A DNA stretch of 53,714 nt, the filler included, from Jimgerdemannia flammicorona (taxonomy: Eukaryota), in NCBI GenBank assembly GCA_003990765.1. It is 3 parts of 3 records of this genome, joined end to end, with 100 filler letters (N's around TTAATTAATTAA, not from the genome) between each part and the next. Parts side by side here need not be neighbours in the genome. Positions count along the whole stretch, not along the records: positions 17,945 to 35,779 come from RBNJ01002387.1; 2 more parts are not named here. The stretch is one strand, 5' to 3'. Below, piece by piece: positions 23,326 to 35,879 of this stretch. Under the pieces are notes generated by a model that saw only the letters and a program-made list of their open reading frames with translations, searched no databases and was not told the origin of the DNA. Within the stretch, counting starts at the first letter, position 1. Every line of letters begins with the position of its first letter. The position numbers and the translations under genes were made by a program.

Positions 23326-24601
23326 AACCAACAAGAAGGGAAGGAGCCCCTATAAGAGAAGGCTGCCTCCCGCTCACCCAAATGAACCAAGAATTGTGCC
23401 TTACCCTCACCTAAAGTCTGCACCATAGAAGCTTCAAGAAAGGAATCTAACCAGCCCACAAGTTGTTTATCCAAAGGAATTTCAAGAAATTCCAAGAAGG
23501 CGATGGCGAACTTTGGAGAATAGAAGGAGAGCAGTACACCCGAGTTCCAAGAGAGGAAGAAATATTGAAGATCCTGACAACAAATTATAACCAAAATGCA
23601 CACCAAGGAATTGGCGCCACAATCGCAAGAATCAAGAAGCGATACTGGTGGCCCAAGATGAGAAAACAAATTTCAATGCACATTCAACAATGTGATCCTG
23701 CCAAAGATACTGACAAAAGCCTACTGACAGAGCACCATTAATACTGATCGCAGCATCAGCTGGAGCCTTTCAAAGACTGGAAATAGACATTATTGGACCC
23801 CTATCAGTAACCAGCTGAGGAAGACGCTACATCCTCACTATCGAAGACTACCTGACAAAATGGCCTGAAGCCTTTGCCATTGAGACTGCCGATGCCCAGA
23901 CAATCATTGGGATCCTGTATGATGAAATTTTTAGCCACCATGGTGTGCCCAAGGAAATCATTACAGACCAAGGCTGAGAATTCATCAACCAAGCCATGAA
24001 GACCTTTGCGAGTAACTTCAAGATCAAGCTATGACCAACAACAGCCTACCACCTACAGGCAAATAGACTCACTGAACGAATGAACCAGACCATCAAGCGA
24101 GGTCTCAGTAGAACTGGAGATCAACTAAACTGGGATATCTATCTACTGGCAATTCTGTTCAGCATCCGTACCTCTAAGGCAACTACTACCCAACAGACCC
24201 CCTTTGATTTAGTGTATGGCTGAGAAGCACAAGATCCTACTGAACCAGTCTAGCTAGATCTGTCAAAACGAGTCACAGAAGAGATCACCCAGTTACACAA
24301 CGTACACCAGTAAGCATGAGGATTTATTGCCAAGACACAAGAACGACAAAAGAGGTACTATGACTGCAAAGCCAACCTCGAACCCCTGCTCATTGGACAA
24401 AAGGTTCTGGTGTACTGTACCATCATAGAAGGAAATTGGAGTGTCAAGCTTGAACCAAAATGGGAAGGCCCCTATCTCATACACCAAGTATTCTCGAACC
24501 ACACTTATCAACTCAAGACCTTGGATGGAGTTATACTCAAGACCAAGATACACCGCAACTGCATAAGACTCTACTACTCAAGAGAAGTAAAACACATTTG
24601 A
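23322..24601 (+). pseudogene. Gypsy integrase (zinc-binding, DDE core, GPY/F module), frameshifted
   Basis: AHQG...RYWWPKM...C; IDIIGPL; DYLTKWPEA; IITDQG; ERMNQTIK; PKWEGPY. Confidence 0.9.
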
Positions 24602-24815
24602 ACAATCCTGTTCACTCTGTCTGTGTCATCTCCACCAGAGATACGATGGATGTTTCACTCAGAACTCAAGAAAGCCAACAACATTGGAACCAGACTCAAG
24701 CCCATCTACATGACAGACATTGTTACTAAGAAATTGCCTTGGATTACAAGAAATACTATTTCCGATGGGTTTGAACCCCCAGCCGCGACTATGGGAACCC
24801 TCGCCCTAGACAAGG

Positions 24816-26059
24816 ATGGCCAGTTCTCACAAATGTGCTGACATTCTGCTCATCCCTGGAGTTAAGACCACCCAACTCTGTGTAACCCTCACCGCCGAGG
24901 ACGGCTCTAATTTTGCAAGAGGCAGATGTGATGTACGCAATTGACAATGGAGTACCGGTGACTGCTAAGATCAGATGACATAATGGCATGACAATCGAAT
25001 AGACAGCCTGACCCATTAGGTGATCACTCCAAAAGGAGTAATGATAATCCAAGCCAAAAGGAAGACTACGTTATTTAAAGAACCATACTCTGCCTCAGGA
25101 ATCAGCACCAAAGAACAAGTACTCACCACACAATGCCTCCTATCTGCCACCCCAACCAGACCTCCCACTGCTCTTCCCCGTTGCCTGGCCCAAAGACTCT
25201 AATCCTTGAAGCTATCAAGAAGGCTATTTGGCGCCCAGACACCTCTGAACATCTGAACTTCTATACTGAGGATCTTGGACACTTTATCAATTACCGGTAC
25301 ATAATGACCCAATAGCTCAAAGATACCACTGAATGAATGACCCTCTGGTATGATTACGAAATTGGACACCACCTTCATAATGAAACCCAAGAAGGTGACT
25401 AGGAAGACCTCATTGCCGAAATGTTAACCACCAGCCGGCTAATCAAGAGAGCCCTCCGTGTCTACCAAATCTTCCGCCATATTCCCTGGGCTATAGCACA
25501 CTTACAAGAAGTGACTGCTGGAAGTCTTGCCCATCTCTCAACTGAAGATGCAGACTGGATAGAATCAGAAGTAGCCGACTCTATTGGTAGTAACCGAGTC
25601 GCTGTAGGAAGCCAACAAACTGAGCCCACTCAACCAGGTATTCACACCACTCCACTCCAAGACAACCATCAAGGTCACCTAATGAGTCTCATGGAAATCT
25701 TTGATGGACCACCCATTACCATCACAACACCTGTTGGAGCAACCCCAACTACTCACCACCCTGTCAGCTACAATTCGCACCTCATTGTTTGTGAACCAAA
25801 TCAAGAAGTCCCAGAAGTCCCTACCAACACAGAAACTGAAAGACCTGAGGAAGAAGAAGAGGAGGAACAAAGAATCTACCAATCCTCTGTCCACCTTCAA
25901 GCAGTCCAAGAGTTGGAGAATGTCATTGAAGATGATGGGCCACAATTCTACCCCCTCACCTCCTGGCCGGTGCTCCCACTCTTTGAAGAACAGGATGAAG
26001 AAGTCACAACCCAGCAAGATGATTGGATCACTGACAAAGGGTACTTTACCATTCAGTGA
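24816..26059 (+). pseudogene. Gypsy extra ORF (ORF3) of unknown function, copy B
   Basis: Frame 25133-26059 (KRALRVYQIF...LSTEDADWIE..., acidic tail); can be extended upstream to ATG 24816 across a 1-nt deletion by comparison with copy A. Confidence 0.6.
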
Positions 26060-26302
26060 TCCAACATCCATTTCCTCAGTCTGGTCAGCCAACGTTTGTC
26101 AGCAAGTCAGCAATATCTGTTTTCAGCGATATCACCCACAACAACTGAATCTGGCACTGGTACTCGCCTTATCTCAATTCAGTGATCCAATGTCCATTTT
26201 CTCAGTCTGGTCAGCCAATGTTTGTCAGCAAGTCAGCAACACCCATTTTCAGCGATACCACCCACAACATCCATATCCAGCACTAGCACTCATCTTATCC
26301 CA
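26051..26302 (+). repeat. 126-bp tandem duplication in the Gypsy 3' region
   Basis: ATTCAGTGATCCAA...CTTATC(T/C)CAAT units starting at 26051 and 26177. Confidence 0.8.
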
Positions 26303-27162
26303 ATCTGGCACAAACAACTGTCACACCCATATTCAGCAATTAAACCACCACAACGTAGTATACCTTAGCCCCCCCCCATAGCTAGCAAATTTGTATAAAT
26401 AACCCTATATCTTAGAGTGAATAAACCTCAGTCAGTTTGTATTTAAAAAGTAAAAGGATTACAGAGAAACCTCACTGCCTCCAAGAGACCGGATAAATTC
26501 TGAGAACAAGATAACTAGAGCAATGATTGCTTGAGGTTTGAGTTAAAGAATTTTCTCTTGTCACAGAAAACATTTGAGATTCGCTGCTAAGGAAAGCCAC
26601 ACGAAAAGCCATTCAGTTCAGTTTAAATACCCACTGCTGCTAAGGAAAGCCACACGAAAAGCCGTTCAGTTCAGTTTAAAGATCTGCCGCTAAAGGAAAG
26701 CTGCACAAAAACCACCAATCACTGCCGAGATCCCACTAGCCCAACCATTGTGCATTTGACCCAACTGTCATGCATTCAACCTGACTGCTGTGCATTCGAC
26801 CCAACCGCCATGCATTCAGAACCAACTGCTATTTGAGGTTCAAGACTGCGCATTTGAGACCCACCATTCAAGTGTTAAGACCCCAGCCAAGGAACCTAAG
26901 GATACTTAGCTTAGGAAAGCCAGCACCATCATCATTCACCAACAAGTCAGATGAATGAGTCCCCTTTTACCCACTGTGCCATAAACCATGTACATTTAAG
27001 AAGTAATTTACCCCGAGCCTCCATCATACGAATCGGACAAACCGATCACATGACCATCGACCCGCAACCATCGCAAATGCGCTCAGTCATATACTGCGTG
27101 CTCCACCAAGTGGCACATTGAGCCGTGCTTGAAGCAACGAGAGATACAAACCATACACCACA
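26303..27162 (+). repeat. 3' LTR region of Gypsy copy B (5' boundary not resolved)
   Basis: TATAAAT (~26394) and AATAAA (~26420) core, internal short tandem repeats (26583-26700, 26750-26880), CA terminus shared with copy A. No clear PPT identified. Confidence 0.6.
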
Positions 27163-29526
27163 ATAGATATAGTACTTAGTATCTTACTGAGTCAGAATGT
27201 AGTTATATAGTACAAGTATATACTGATATATCAAGGGATTGTCTAACTGCTGATTCAGTAGTCACATTATATAAGGCCAATCTAACTATACTAATGAATG
27301 CTAAGCTATCTATAGATTTAGATATTATCTAGATAGTCTTCAATAAGATCACTATTGATGACATCATCTCTGATAAAGTAGTCATCTAGAAAGAGGGGTT
27401 CTTGGATATTATCTCTCTGTTTATTTATATAATAATAGGTTGAGATCATGTTACTATTCCTATAAGATGGCATTATCTGTCTCATATGCTGGATAGAGTA
27501 TTAGTGGATAAAGAAGGGGTGCATTATCTTTACTTTTACTGGATTGCTATCTGTATACCTTTTATAGGTAATGATACTATGAGTTACAGGGTTGCAGTAG
27601 GCTAGTGGCTATAGTCTATTTCATTTATACTCAGGAGGTGGGGTTGTTGGTTCAATCTCAAGGTTTGTCTAAAGGTATACATATATTGTATTCTCCAGTC
27701 TCTTCATTATAATTGAAGTAATCAGACAGAATGTATATTAGTATTCATACTAGTGTTTATTATTTCAATAGGTCTTATAGATGGTTATAAATTATTATAA
27801 ATTCATTGGCAAGGTTGGCAGGGTGATCAGGGCTGGCAGAGATCCTTGGCTGGAGGTCATATCAGTATCAAAGAGATTATTATTTTCTGCTTCATCATTA
27901 TTGAACTGGATTATATTATAGATATCCTTCATGATATGGTCATTAGAGTATAGGAAAGGTCTGTCTATAGTCTAAATATACTTGATATACTTGTGGTTAA
28001 GTTCTTGTACTATATCATTGATTTGACCATAATGTAGAGTAGCAACCATTTCAATAGTGGTAATTCAGAGGTAGGAAATAAAGGTGCTATACTTATAAAA
28101 GAGTTCTCACTATTTATGAGTAATGAGTTTCTGGTGTTGAGATATTTAAGTAATATCCATATCATGGTGGTGTTCAATCATATCTTCTAGAAGTAGTCAA
28201 TCTAGTAGTAGCTTGAGATTTGTCCAATTTAGTGGGCTTCACTGAGTATGTTCAGGGCATTCTATAGGGCTTTCATAAAGTAGAGAGGTGTCAGACTATA
28301 TATATTCATGAGGGGCAGGAGAGGTATAGCTTAGTTAACAATAGTATTCCAAATATAAGTATAGATATAGTTGTAGATCTCAGTGATCATGGTTGTATAT
28401 ATGTTCAAGAGTTGTGGTTGTTTGTTTGATTTGGTATAGTTCTTTGTTTTAATGTATCTGAGTACTCAGTATATATATATTCAGTTCTGATTATTAAGGT
28501 TCTGTTTGTATAAATCTTATATTCTGTAACTTCAGTTTGACTCAGCTTCATGATCTTACATATAATTTCCAGATTTGTTCAGAGGAAAACATACCATTTC
28601 AGTGGCTTGGAGATTGTGCACTTATACCAGGTATTTCTACTAGAGTTTGAGCCAATATTCTGACTATGGAAATTGAAGATACTAACTCAATCCATATATA
28701 AAGCTATTCTAAGAAGTAGTATTTCTCAAATAGAGAGATTGTGAATTGTTTGGTATATGTACTTTTGGTAATATTGATCAATTTGATGATATGAGAGTCC
28801 TCTTTATTTCAATATTAAGATAGAATTTAATAAAGAAAGTCTATATCAATATAAGAGACTTTAGTTCAGAGATTCTCACTATTACATGTAATACAATATC
28901 AACTTCAATGTTATTTGCTAAAAAATGAAAAATACATACAAGTTGGCAAGATTGAATCATTTGTATTCAAAACATTCCACATTGACTTCTGATATACCCC
29001 TAGAATTCTGCTAAGGAAAGACTATATTTTGCTTCAAAGACTTAACTAGAGAATTGGTATCCTCAATACTAATGATATTGTCTGAAAAAATATACAATAT
29101 GGCATGCAATTTGTATAGATTGGTTTGCTGATATGTATAGCTCAATATATTACTAAATAACTATATACTCTCTCTTATTTATTTCCAACTACATTTCTGC
29201 CTCAATGTCTATTTTAACTGCTGTTTGATTTTTTTTGCTGAAGTTTACATCACAATGAAGTTTGCATCACATTAGAGTTCATGTATCTCAAGTCATTGGT
29301 CCCATGACTGGTTGTTCGGAATAGTGAGATAGTTGAAGAATATTTGTGTGGTTTCTGGTAATTTTTTTCATATTCTCTATATTTCTTGGCAGTCTGGCAT
29401 ATCCTAGGGTCTTTTATCTGATTTCTGGGGTTTGTGGCAGTCATTAACTGACTGACTTACATCTTGAGTTCTAGGTTCTTGTATCTGATTTTGTAGTGGT
29501 GTTTCTTATCTGACTTGTATTAATAC
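27163..29526 (-). mobile_element. Strongly decayed element, possibly a different LINE RT relic
   Basis: Weak RT-like remnants in the expected order on the minus strand (TSHGTNDL ~ SPGPDG; KPIYTNC ~ RPISLLN; ALYMD ~ YADD; YIWN); TpA-rich and CpG-poor. Confidence 0.35.
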
Positions 29527-30772
29527 TGTAATGTGCCCGGCTCAATGGAGGCAAATTACAAGGTTGGGGGTTGATGTAGTTTGGCTTGAGCCCCCAGTTA
29601 CTTTGTCAAAAAGCAACAAGATTCCTGAGGTCCTTGGTGTTTAGTGGTATAATAGTCAATCTGGATACAATGGTCGATTTCCTTATTGGGACGGGTTCTT
29701 GGGTGTGAGCGGCGATTTGTGTGTGGCGTGGTATGCATGACGGTTTCTGTATAGTGCGACGATCTCGATTTCTGGCATGACGATCTCTTGTATAACACGA
29801 GTGGATTCCTTATGCGATTTCCGCGTGACGATCGTATTACGATTTCTGGCATGACAATCGTTGTGTGACGATCGTATTTGATAATTCAGATAACTCGGTT
29901 TGGCGGATAATTCGGGTAACTTGGTTTGGCGGATAATTCGGGTAACTTGGTTTGGCGCGGATTCTCCTGAATCGGCGGGCTTCTCGGAATATCGGGTAAC
30001 TTGATAATTGGCTCTTCTGAGAATGGCGGATAACTCGAAAATGGCTGATGATGCGGATTCTTCCTGAATCGGCGGACTTCTTGAACAATAACTCGGATTC
30101 TTCTTGGCAAAGTTACGTCAAGACTGGCTTCGTTTGCGTGAACAAGTTCACTGCAAAGTTGCGTCAACAGACTGGCTTTGTGAACTTCTTCTTGAAAACA
30201 GCGACTTATTCCTTAAGTGGTGGATTACTCAAATTCTTCAGGCTGATCTGGCAAGCGGACCAAAAACGGATTTTTCTCGAAAACAGACTTGTTCTTTGTA
30301 TCGGAAAGTGGACCGGAATGGAAAATAGCTCACAAACTCCTAGTAGTGGCTGTAGAGTGGGTGTTTCTCCTAAGAGTTGCAATCCAATTCCTTTAGGATC
30401 AAGTGGCTTTTGGCAGGCATATCCCTCAAAGTGTAGTAACCAGACTTGTCTTTTGCTTTGATTTTTCAAACTGAGGTTTATTCACTCTTGTCTCTGGGGT
30501 ATTTTATACAGTTGTAGTTACTATCTGGTTACTAAATTGCTAATTATAGATTGCTATCTATGGCAGGTGTACCTGGATGGTACATTGTACCCACTTGGTA
30601 TGGTGTACCTACTCAGTACAGTGTACTGGACTGGTATAGGTAAACATACTGTTTCTGGTATCTGGCTAATTATACAGGTTGGTGCAGTAAAGCATTCTTG
30701 GTTTCTTAGTGCACTGGATATAGTATGTGGCTAATTTATAATTTCGGTGGTCCAATTCTGCTGCTTGTCACA
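29527..30772 (-). mobile_element. Probable solo LTR related to the Gypsy LTRs
   Basis: TGT...ACA termini, flanks ATAC/ATAT (possible 4-bp TSD with one transition), and the same TGTATAAA...AGAGTGAATAAACCTCAG core (30472-30512, minus) as the Gypsy LTRs. Confidence 0.6.
29740..30105. repeat. CpG-rich degenerate tandem repeats inside the solo LTR
   Basis: GGTTTGGCGGATAATTCGGGTAACTT (26 bp) in tandem at ~29897-29956; GATTTCTGGCATGAC and CGGATTC...CCTGAATCGGCGG recur. Confidence 0.7.
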
Positions 30773-30843
30773 ATATATTATTCTTACATTTCCTGATGAT
30801 TATTTTCTGAGTTCTTTATATTTCCTAGCAATGTTCTGATCAG

Positions 30844-33800
30844 CACCTTTCTTCTATACAATTCACATTACACCAACTTCAAGCAATAGTTTTCAACACA
30901 ACTCAGAGAAAAGGTACTATAAAAATATCATCAAGCAAGAGTTCTGATGGGCAGACTGGATCAGGTAGATCTGGGGCATTTAGCTAGCAGTATGTGGAGA
31001 AAGGTTATGGCCTGGGGATGGGGACCTTTGGAGGGTTGAAGGGTGGAGAGGGATCTGGAGAAAGACTGGTATTAGGTGGAAGTGGGAGAAGGCCTGGCCC
31101 CCCTAGCTTTGCAGACAAGATGAAGGAGAGTAGATGGCCAGTTAGAGCTAGGACTAGTGCTGCTGAGGGGAAGAGCAAGGCAAGCATCAGTAGGGGAAGT
31201 GGTACCTAGGTGAGAGATGAATAGGGGCTGGAGATGCTGTGGCTGAGGTGGGAGTGTGATGGGGAATCAGAAAAAAAAAAAGAGATATGACAGCTAATAG
31301 CAAGTGGGGCAGGGGTTCTCAAAGCAGAAGGGGGACCTGGCAGATAGTGTAATAGGGCTAGTAGTGGCACTATTACTCAAAAAGTTGATCTTTGAGTTTA
31401 CAGCAACCTTGTGCTTCTAGGACTTGGCAGTAATGACAAGGATAGTCCTGGGGATCATCTCAAAGCAGGTGGCTGAGGCTGCTTTGATGAAGTTCCTGAA
31501 AGGTCTGGAGGGGGTTGAGGTGGGCTTTGAGGAGGTGGGCCCACTAGAAGAGGCTCTGAAGACTGAAGTGATGGTCAGGAAAGTAGTGGTTCCTATGGTA
31601 TACTATGTATCTTAGATAGGACCCCAGAGTGGTTCAGTTGCTGGTGAAGGGAGTGCCTATGGTAATGGTGGTTGAGATGAGGAGGAGAGTTGAGGAGGTG
31701 ATAGCAGAGTATAGCAATGTGATTGATATTGGTTTCCAGATATAGGAGGGGACCACTATCAGGACTAGTGATATTGATATCAGAATTCAACTGGCAGAGA
31801 AGGAGGCTACTGGAAAGATAAGTGACTGGCTATTGGTGATGATATGGGGGGCTTTTATATGTTGGGTATTGAGGGTGAAAGAGAGTGAGGAGGAGGAGGA
31901 GAATCTGTTGGAGGCTCTGGAGGAGATGAGTGGAGCTGTCAAGCAGAGGGCGAAGGCCTGGAAGAGATATGTGGAGTCAACGTAATTGGAGATTGGGAAA
32001 GGAAAGTATATCTGAACTGACAGGAGGCAGTGAGAAAGGGCTCAGGAGTACAAGAGACAGAGAGAGCTGTTGGTGAGTATAGAAGATAGAGTGAAGAAGA
32101 ATGATGGTAGTATTGAGGAATCTGGGGGTACAGAGACAAGTGTCTGGGCCAGTAAGAGAGGAGAAGTGGTAGAGAGGATTCTGGAGGAGACTGGGAAGAT
32201 GCCAAATATAGACCCATTTGAGGATGGTACATTTGAAGTCTGGTAACCTATTGTGAGGAGTCCTGCTACAAAGAGCAGAGCAGCAAAGGATGTACCAATG
32301 CATAGTGCCAAGTAGGTCTACTTTGAAGTTTCTGATTTGGTAAAAGGGAGACAGGTGGTGGTAGTTGGCAAGGATGAGCTGGTAGATATCCTGGAGGAGG
32401 GGTGGAATGAGACTGTGAGTGTAGGAGTAGATACCACAATGGTGAATGCAGAAAGGCAGGTGACTCCAGGGAGGACAGAGGTGGGTAACCTATTGTAGAT
32501 GTGTCAAATAATGAATAACTTCACAGCTGAAGAATTGGGGGAAGTGGACCTGAGAGCAATGAGTGAGGAGCACTGGGCATGGATTCTGTGGGGGGATGGT
32601 ATGGTAGAGGTACTGAAGGCAGAGGTACTTGCAATTTGCCTGGAGGAGAAGAGGTATGAGGTTGATAAGGAGAGGGAGGCTGAGCTAACAGTTGCTGTCA
32701 GTGAGTAGGCTGCTTACTGCTGGGCAGAGCAGTATGGTTTACAACTCTAGCAGGAGGCTTGTCTGGAGTATCATGAGGAATTTGAGAAAAAGGAGGATGG
32801 TGAGATGGTGGAACTTCTGAAGAGATTGGAGGCAAGAGAGGCTGAAGAGAAGGGGCTGACAGTGGAATATAACTTGAACTTGGCATAGGAGAGATGGGAT
32901 GCAGATTTGTAGAGGATGAGCAAGACCTTACTTCTAAACATTATTCTCTATGAACAGTATAACTAACATTTTCTCTCTGAATGTGAATGAGTTAAGGAGA
33001 TCTGGGCAACACAAGAACATTTTTACTTGGCTTAAAGGTTTGGAGGCGGATCTCTTTCTGCTACAGGATGTATATTGTGAAGAAGATAATGACTGTGTGA
33101 AATAGACTAGAGAATGGGGAGAGACTACAGCTTGGATGGGCAAGGTGGCAATTTTGGTATAAAGTAGTAAAGATGACTTAGGGGGAATCAGGAGCTAGGA
33201 AGACTGTTTGGTATAGAGAGAATAGAATCAACCTGGGTGGGAGCTAGTGAAAGTTGGCTCTTACTACTGCCCTGCCACTAGAGGTGAGAGAATTATATAG
33301 ATTAAGGGGCTTTTGGAGGAAGGTGTGCTCTTGGAGAATGGTATTGATGTACTGAGAGGTGACTTTAATATGGTATGGAATCTGGAGTTAGATAGAACTG
33401 ATGGAGGGAGGAGTGCAGTTGAGAGGAGTGGTGGGCTGGATTCTTGAGAGGAGGTAGAGAACCTTAGCTCATTAGGAGATATGGTGGGGTAAAAAGAGGA
33501 TCTACATATACTGAGTGAATAGTCTTAAGATAAGGATAGATTGGATTCTGATGGTCAAATGCTGGGGTGTGGATGTCTGGAGGACTCTAGAGATAGAGTG
33601 GTGCCTGTGGTCTGACCACTGGGGTCTGTTGAGGTAGGGGCAGTTTGGGGGGAGTAGAGATGGACCTGAACATTGACACCTTAACTCCTCTCTGCTGGTT
33701 GAGAAGGTTTTGTAGGACCCATAGATGTAGGACATCTAAGAGAATATTGCCAGCTAGACACACAAGAGTTTGCCAGTGGGGGTCTGATGGATAAAGTTGA

Positions 33801-35758
33801 AAGAGACTAGATGAGTTTAATGAGGAGGGGCTGGCAGAGAGGCAGGGAAGTAGAGAATGAAAAGGGTGAGGTGTGCTTTCAATCAGTTGGTTAGATGGCA
33901 GATGGATTGAGCAGATTTGTTAAATTCTGGTGAGGCCAATGATTGGAGGTTGGAGTGTACAAAATTGGAGGTAATAGAGCTGCAACAGGTGCTAAGAGAG
34001 AAGGAGGAGATACATATGAAAGAAATGATAGCCAGGTTGAGGTGGCAGGGACTTGAGGAGAGAGACAGGTCTACTAGATATTTGTCATGGCTCCTCCAGG
34101 CCAGGAGGGTATGGCATTGATGGGATGGGGTCCTAGATGTAGAGGGGGAAATAGTATATAGCATGCAACAGATCTTGGGGGTACTGAAGGAGAGGTAGAG
34201 GGGTCTGTAGAGTAAGAAGGAAGGGGGTGAGGATGAGGAGGCAATTGGAGAATTGGGACCTACTGCAAGTAGAGAGCCTTGGTGACTTAATCCTACTAGT
34301 CCAAAAGCAGGAGATCCAAAGAGTTCTTGCAGCCACTAAGCTTGGGATAGTACCAGGAGAGGATGGGTTACCTTGGGACTTTTGGAAGAAGATGGTGAGG
34401 GTTCCTAGAGTTTTAGGAGAAATGGCTGCCCTCTGTGACCATGTTTTTCTGAATAGTGAGTGGGTTAAAGAGCAAGACTTGGGGTTGGTAGTCTTGTTGT
34501 ACAAAGACAAGGAGAGGAGAGAGGACTGGAAGAACTGGAGACCAATCATACTTCTGGATATAAACAGGAAGATGGTGACTAAGATGATTGTTGTAAGGTT
34601 ACAAAAGGTTGCCCAACAGGTGCTGCATGAGGAGCAGTAGGGCTTTATTGGTGGCAGGTTTATTAGAGATGGGACAGCCTGGGTTCATAGTATTATTAAA
34701 GAGACATGGGCTTGTAGATTGGATGGAAGACTGGTCTTTTTGGACCAGGAAAAGACCTATAACTGTGTCTGGTGGGTGTGGCTGGGCAAGATACTGGATA
34801 GATTCAGTATTCTCCTACAATTTTGAGCTCCTATGTTGAACTTGTTAAAGAGCAGTAGGGCAGCACTGATGTGTAATAGCCACTGGGGTCTAGAATTCTC
34901 CTTGGGAAGAGAAGTTCTTCAGAGAGATCCACTGTCTCCTATCCTTTATGCCCTTTCATTAGAACCTTTGTTGGATAGGATACAACAGAAGGTGGCAGAG
35001 CTCTCTGTGTTTAGTGTGGTGTGAAAGGTGGGGGCCTTTGCAGATGATATAGTCATTAGACTTGGCTTGGTGACAGATGTTGAGGTGCTTGAGAAGATGG
35101 TTGAATAGTATGAGGCACACTCTAGAGCAAAACTCAACTGGCGTAAGTGTGAGATGATAGTGCTGGAGAACAGGCTCATGGAAGGAAACATCATTGGAAC
35201 AATTGTCCCTATAGGAGAGATAGTGAGATATTTGGGCATCTTCCTTTCTGTATATAGTTCTGTCTTACTACAGTTGTGGTGAGAAAGGCAGGTGGCCATT
35301 TGGTTAGAGGTTGGGGAGGTCACTACATCTCCCTAGTAGGCTGAGTATCAATCCTAAATATCTACTGGTTCCCTAAGCTGTGGTATATTGTGTATCATTT
35401 AGACTTTCTAGCTTGGGTGGTGAAGAGATTGATGAAACTGGCTAGAGATTGGATTTGGATAGAGAGGCAGCCTCAGATAAGTTGGGACACTCTGGCAACA
35501 CCAGTGGTTTAGAGAGAGCTAGGCCTAGTAGACTTTCCTAAGAGGCTGTCCTGCCTGCAAGTATGGTGGTTGAAAAGGACTGTTGATTTGCAGGGATGAG
35601 GTTGGGTGCTACTGATGCAGAAGGTATGGGAAATGAGGTTCTCTCCATACAGGTCCTCAGGAGATTTGTTATCTCTAGTGGGTCTGGATGGAAGCTAATG
35701 GCTATGGTATAAGGGCTTCTGGTGGAGAGTGGTGGATAGAGTATACTGAATCAGCCTA
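30844..35758 (+). mobile_element. L1/Tx1-like LINE copy 3 (second subfamily), decayed, 3' truncated at a poly(T) tract
   Basis: ORF1 remnants, ORF2 ATG at 32950, KNWRPII, QRDPLSP and FADD; breaks off at poly(T) 35759-35779. Confidence 0.9.
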
Positions 35759-35779
35759 TTTTTTTTTTTTTTTTTTTTT

Positions 35780-35879
35780 NNNNNNNNNNNNNNNNNNNNN
35801 NNNNNNNNNNNNNNNNNNNNNNNTTAATTAATTAANNNNNNNNNNNNNNNNNNNNNNNNNNNNNNNNNNNNNNNNNNNN
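35780..35879. other. Assembly gap with synthetic TTAATTAATTAA spacer
   Basis: N-run, TTAATTAATTAA (35824-35835), N-run. Confidence 0.95.

Larger units (their letters stand above)
17944..27162 (+). mobile_element. Ty3/Gypsy LTR retrotransposon copy B (gag-PR-[Cys-rich/F-box-like]-dUTPase-RT-RNaseH-INT-ORF3-3'LTR); 5' LTR lost in gap
   Basis: Domain order PR-RT-RH-INT; ends ...ACACCACA at 27162, homologous to the end of copy A. Confidence 0.93.

Noticed and set aside
24816..26059. Calling Gypsy ORF3 an envelope gene
   Set aside because: No signal peptide, fusion peptide or transmembrane anchor is visible.
10590..27162. Giant inverted repeat / composite TIR element formed by 10590-13734 and ~23990-27162
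   Set aside because: These are two diverged Gypsy copies in opposite orientation on different sides of an assembly gap, with no convincing shared TSD.
29880..30105. CRISPR-like repeats
   Set aside because: Head-to-tail degenerate repeats without unique spacers, inside a eukaryotic LTR-like sequence; no cas genes.
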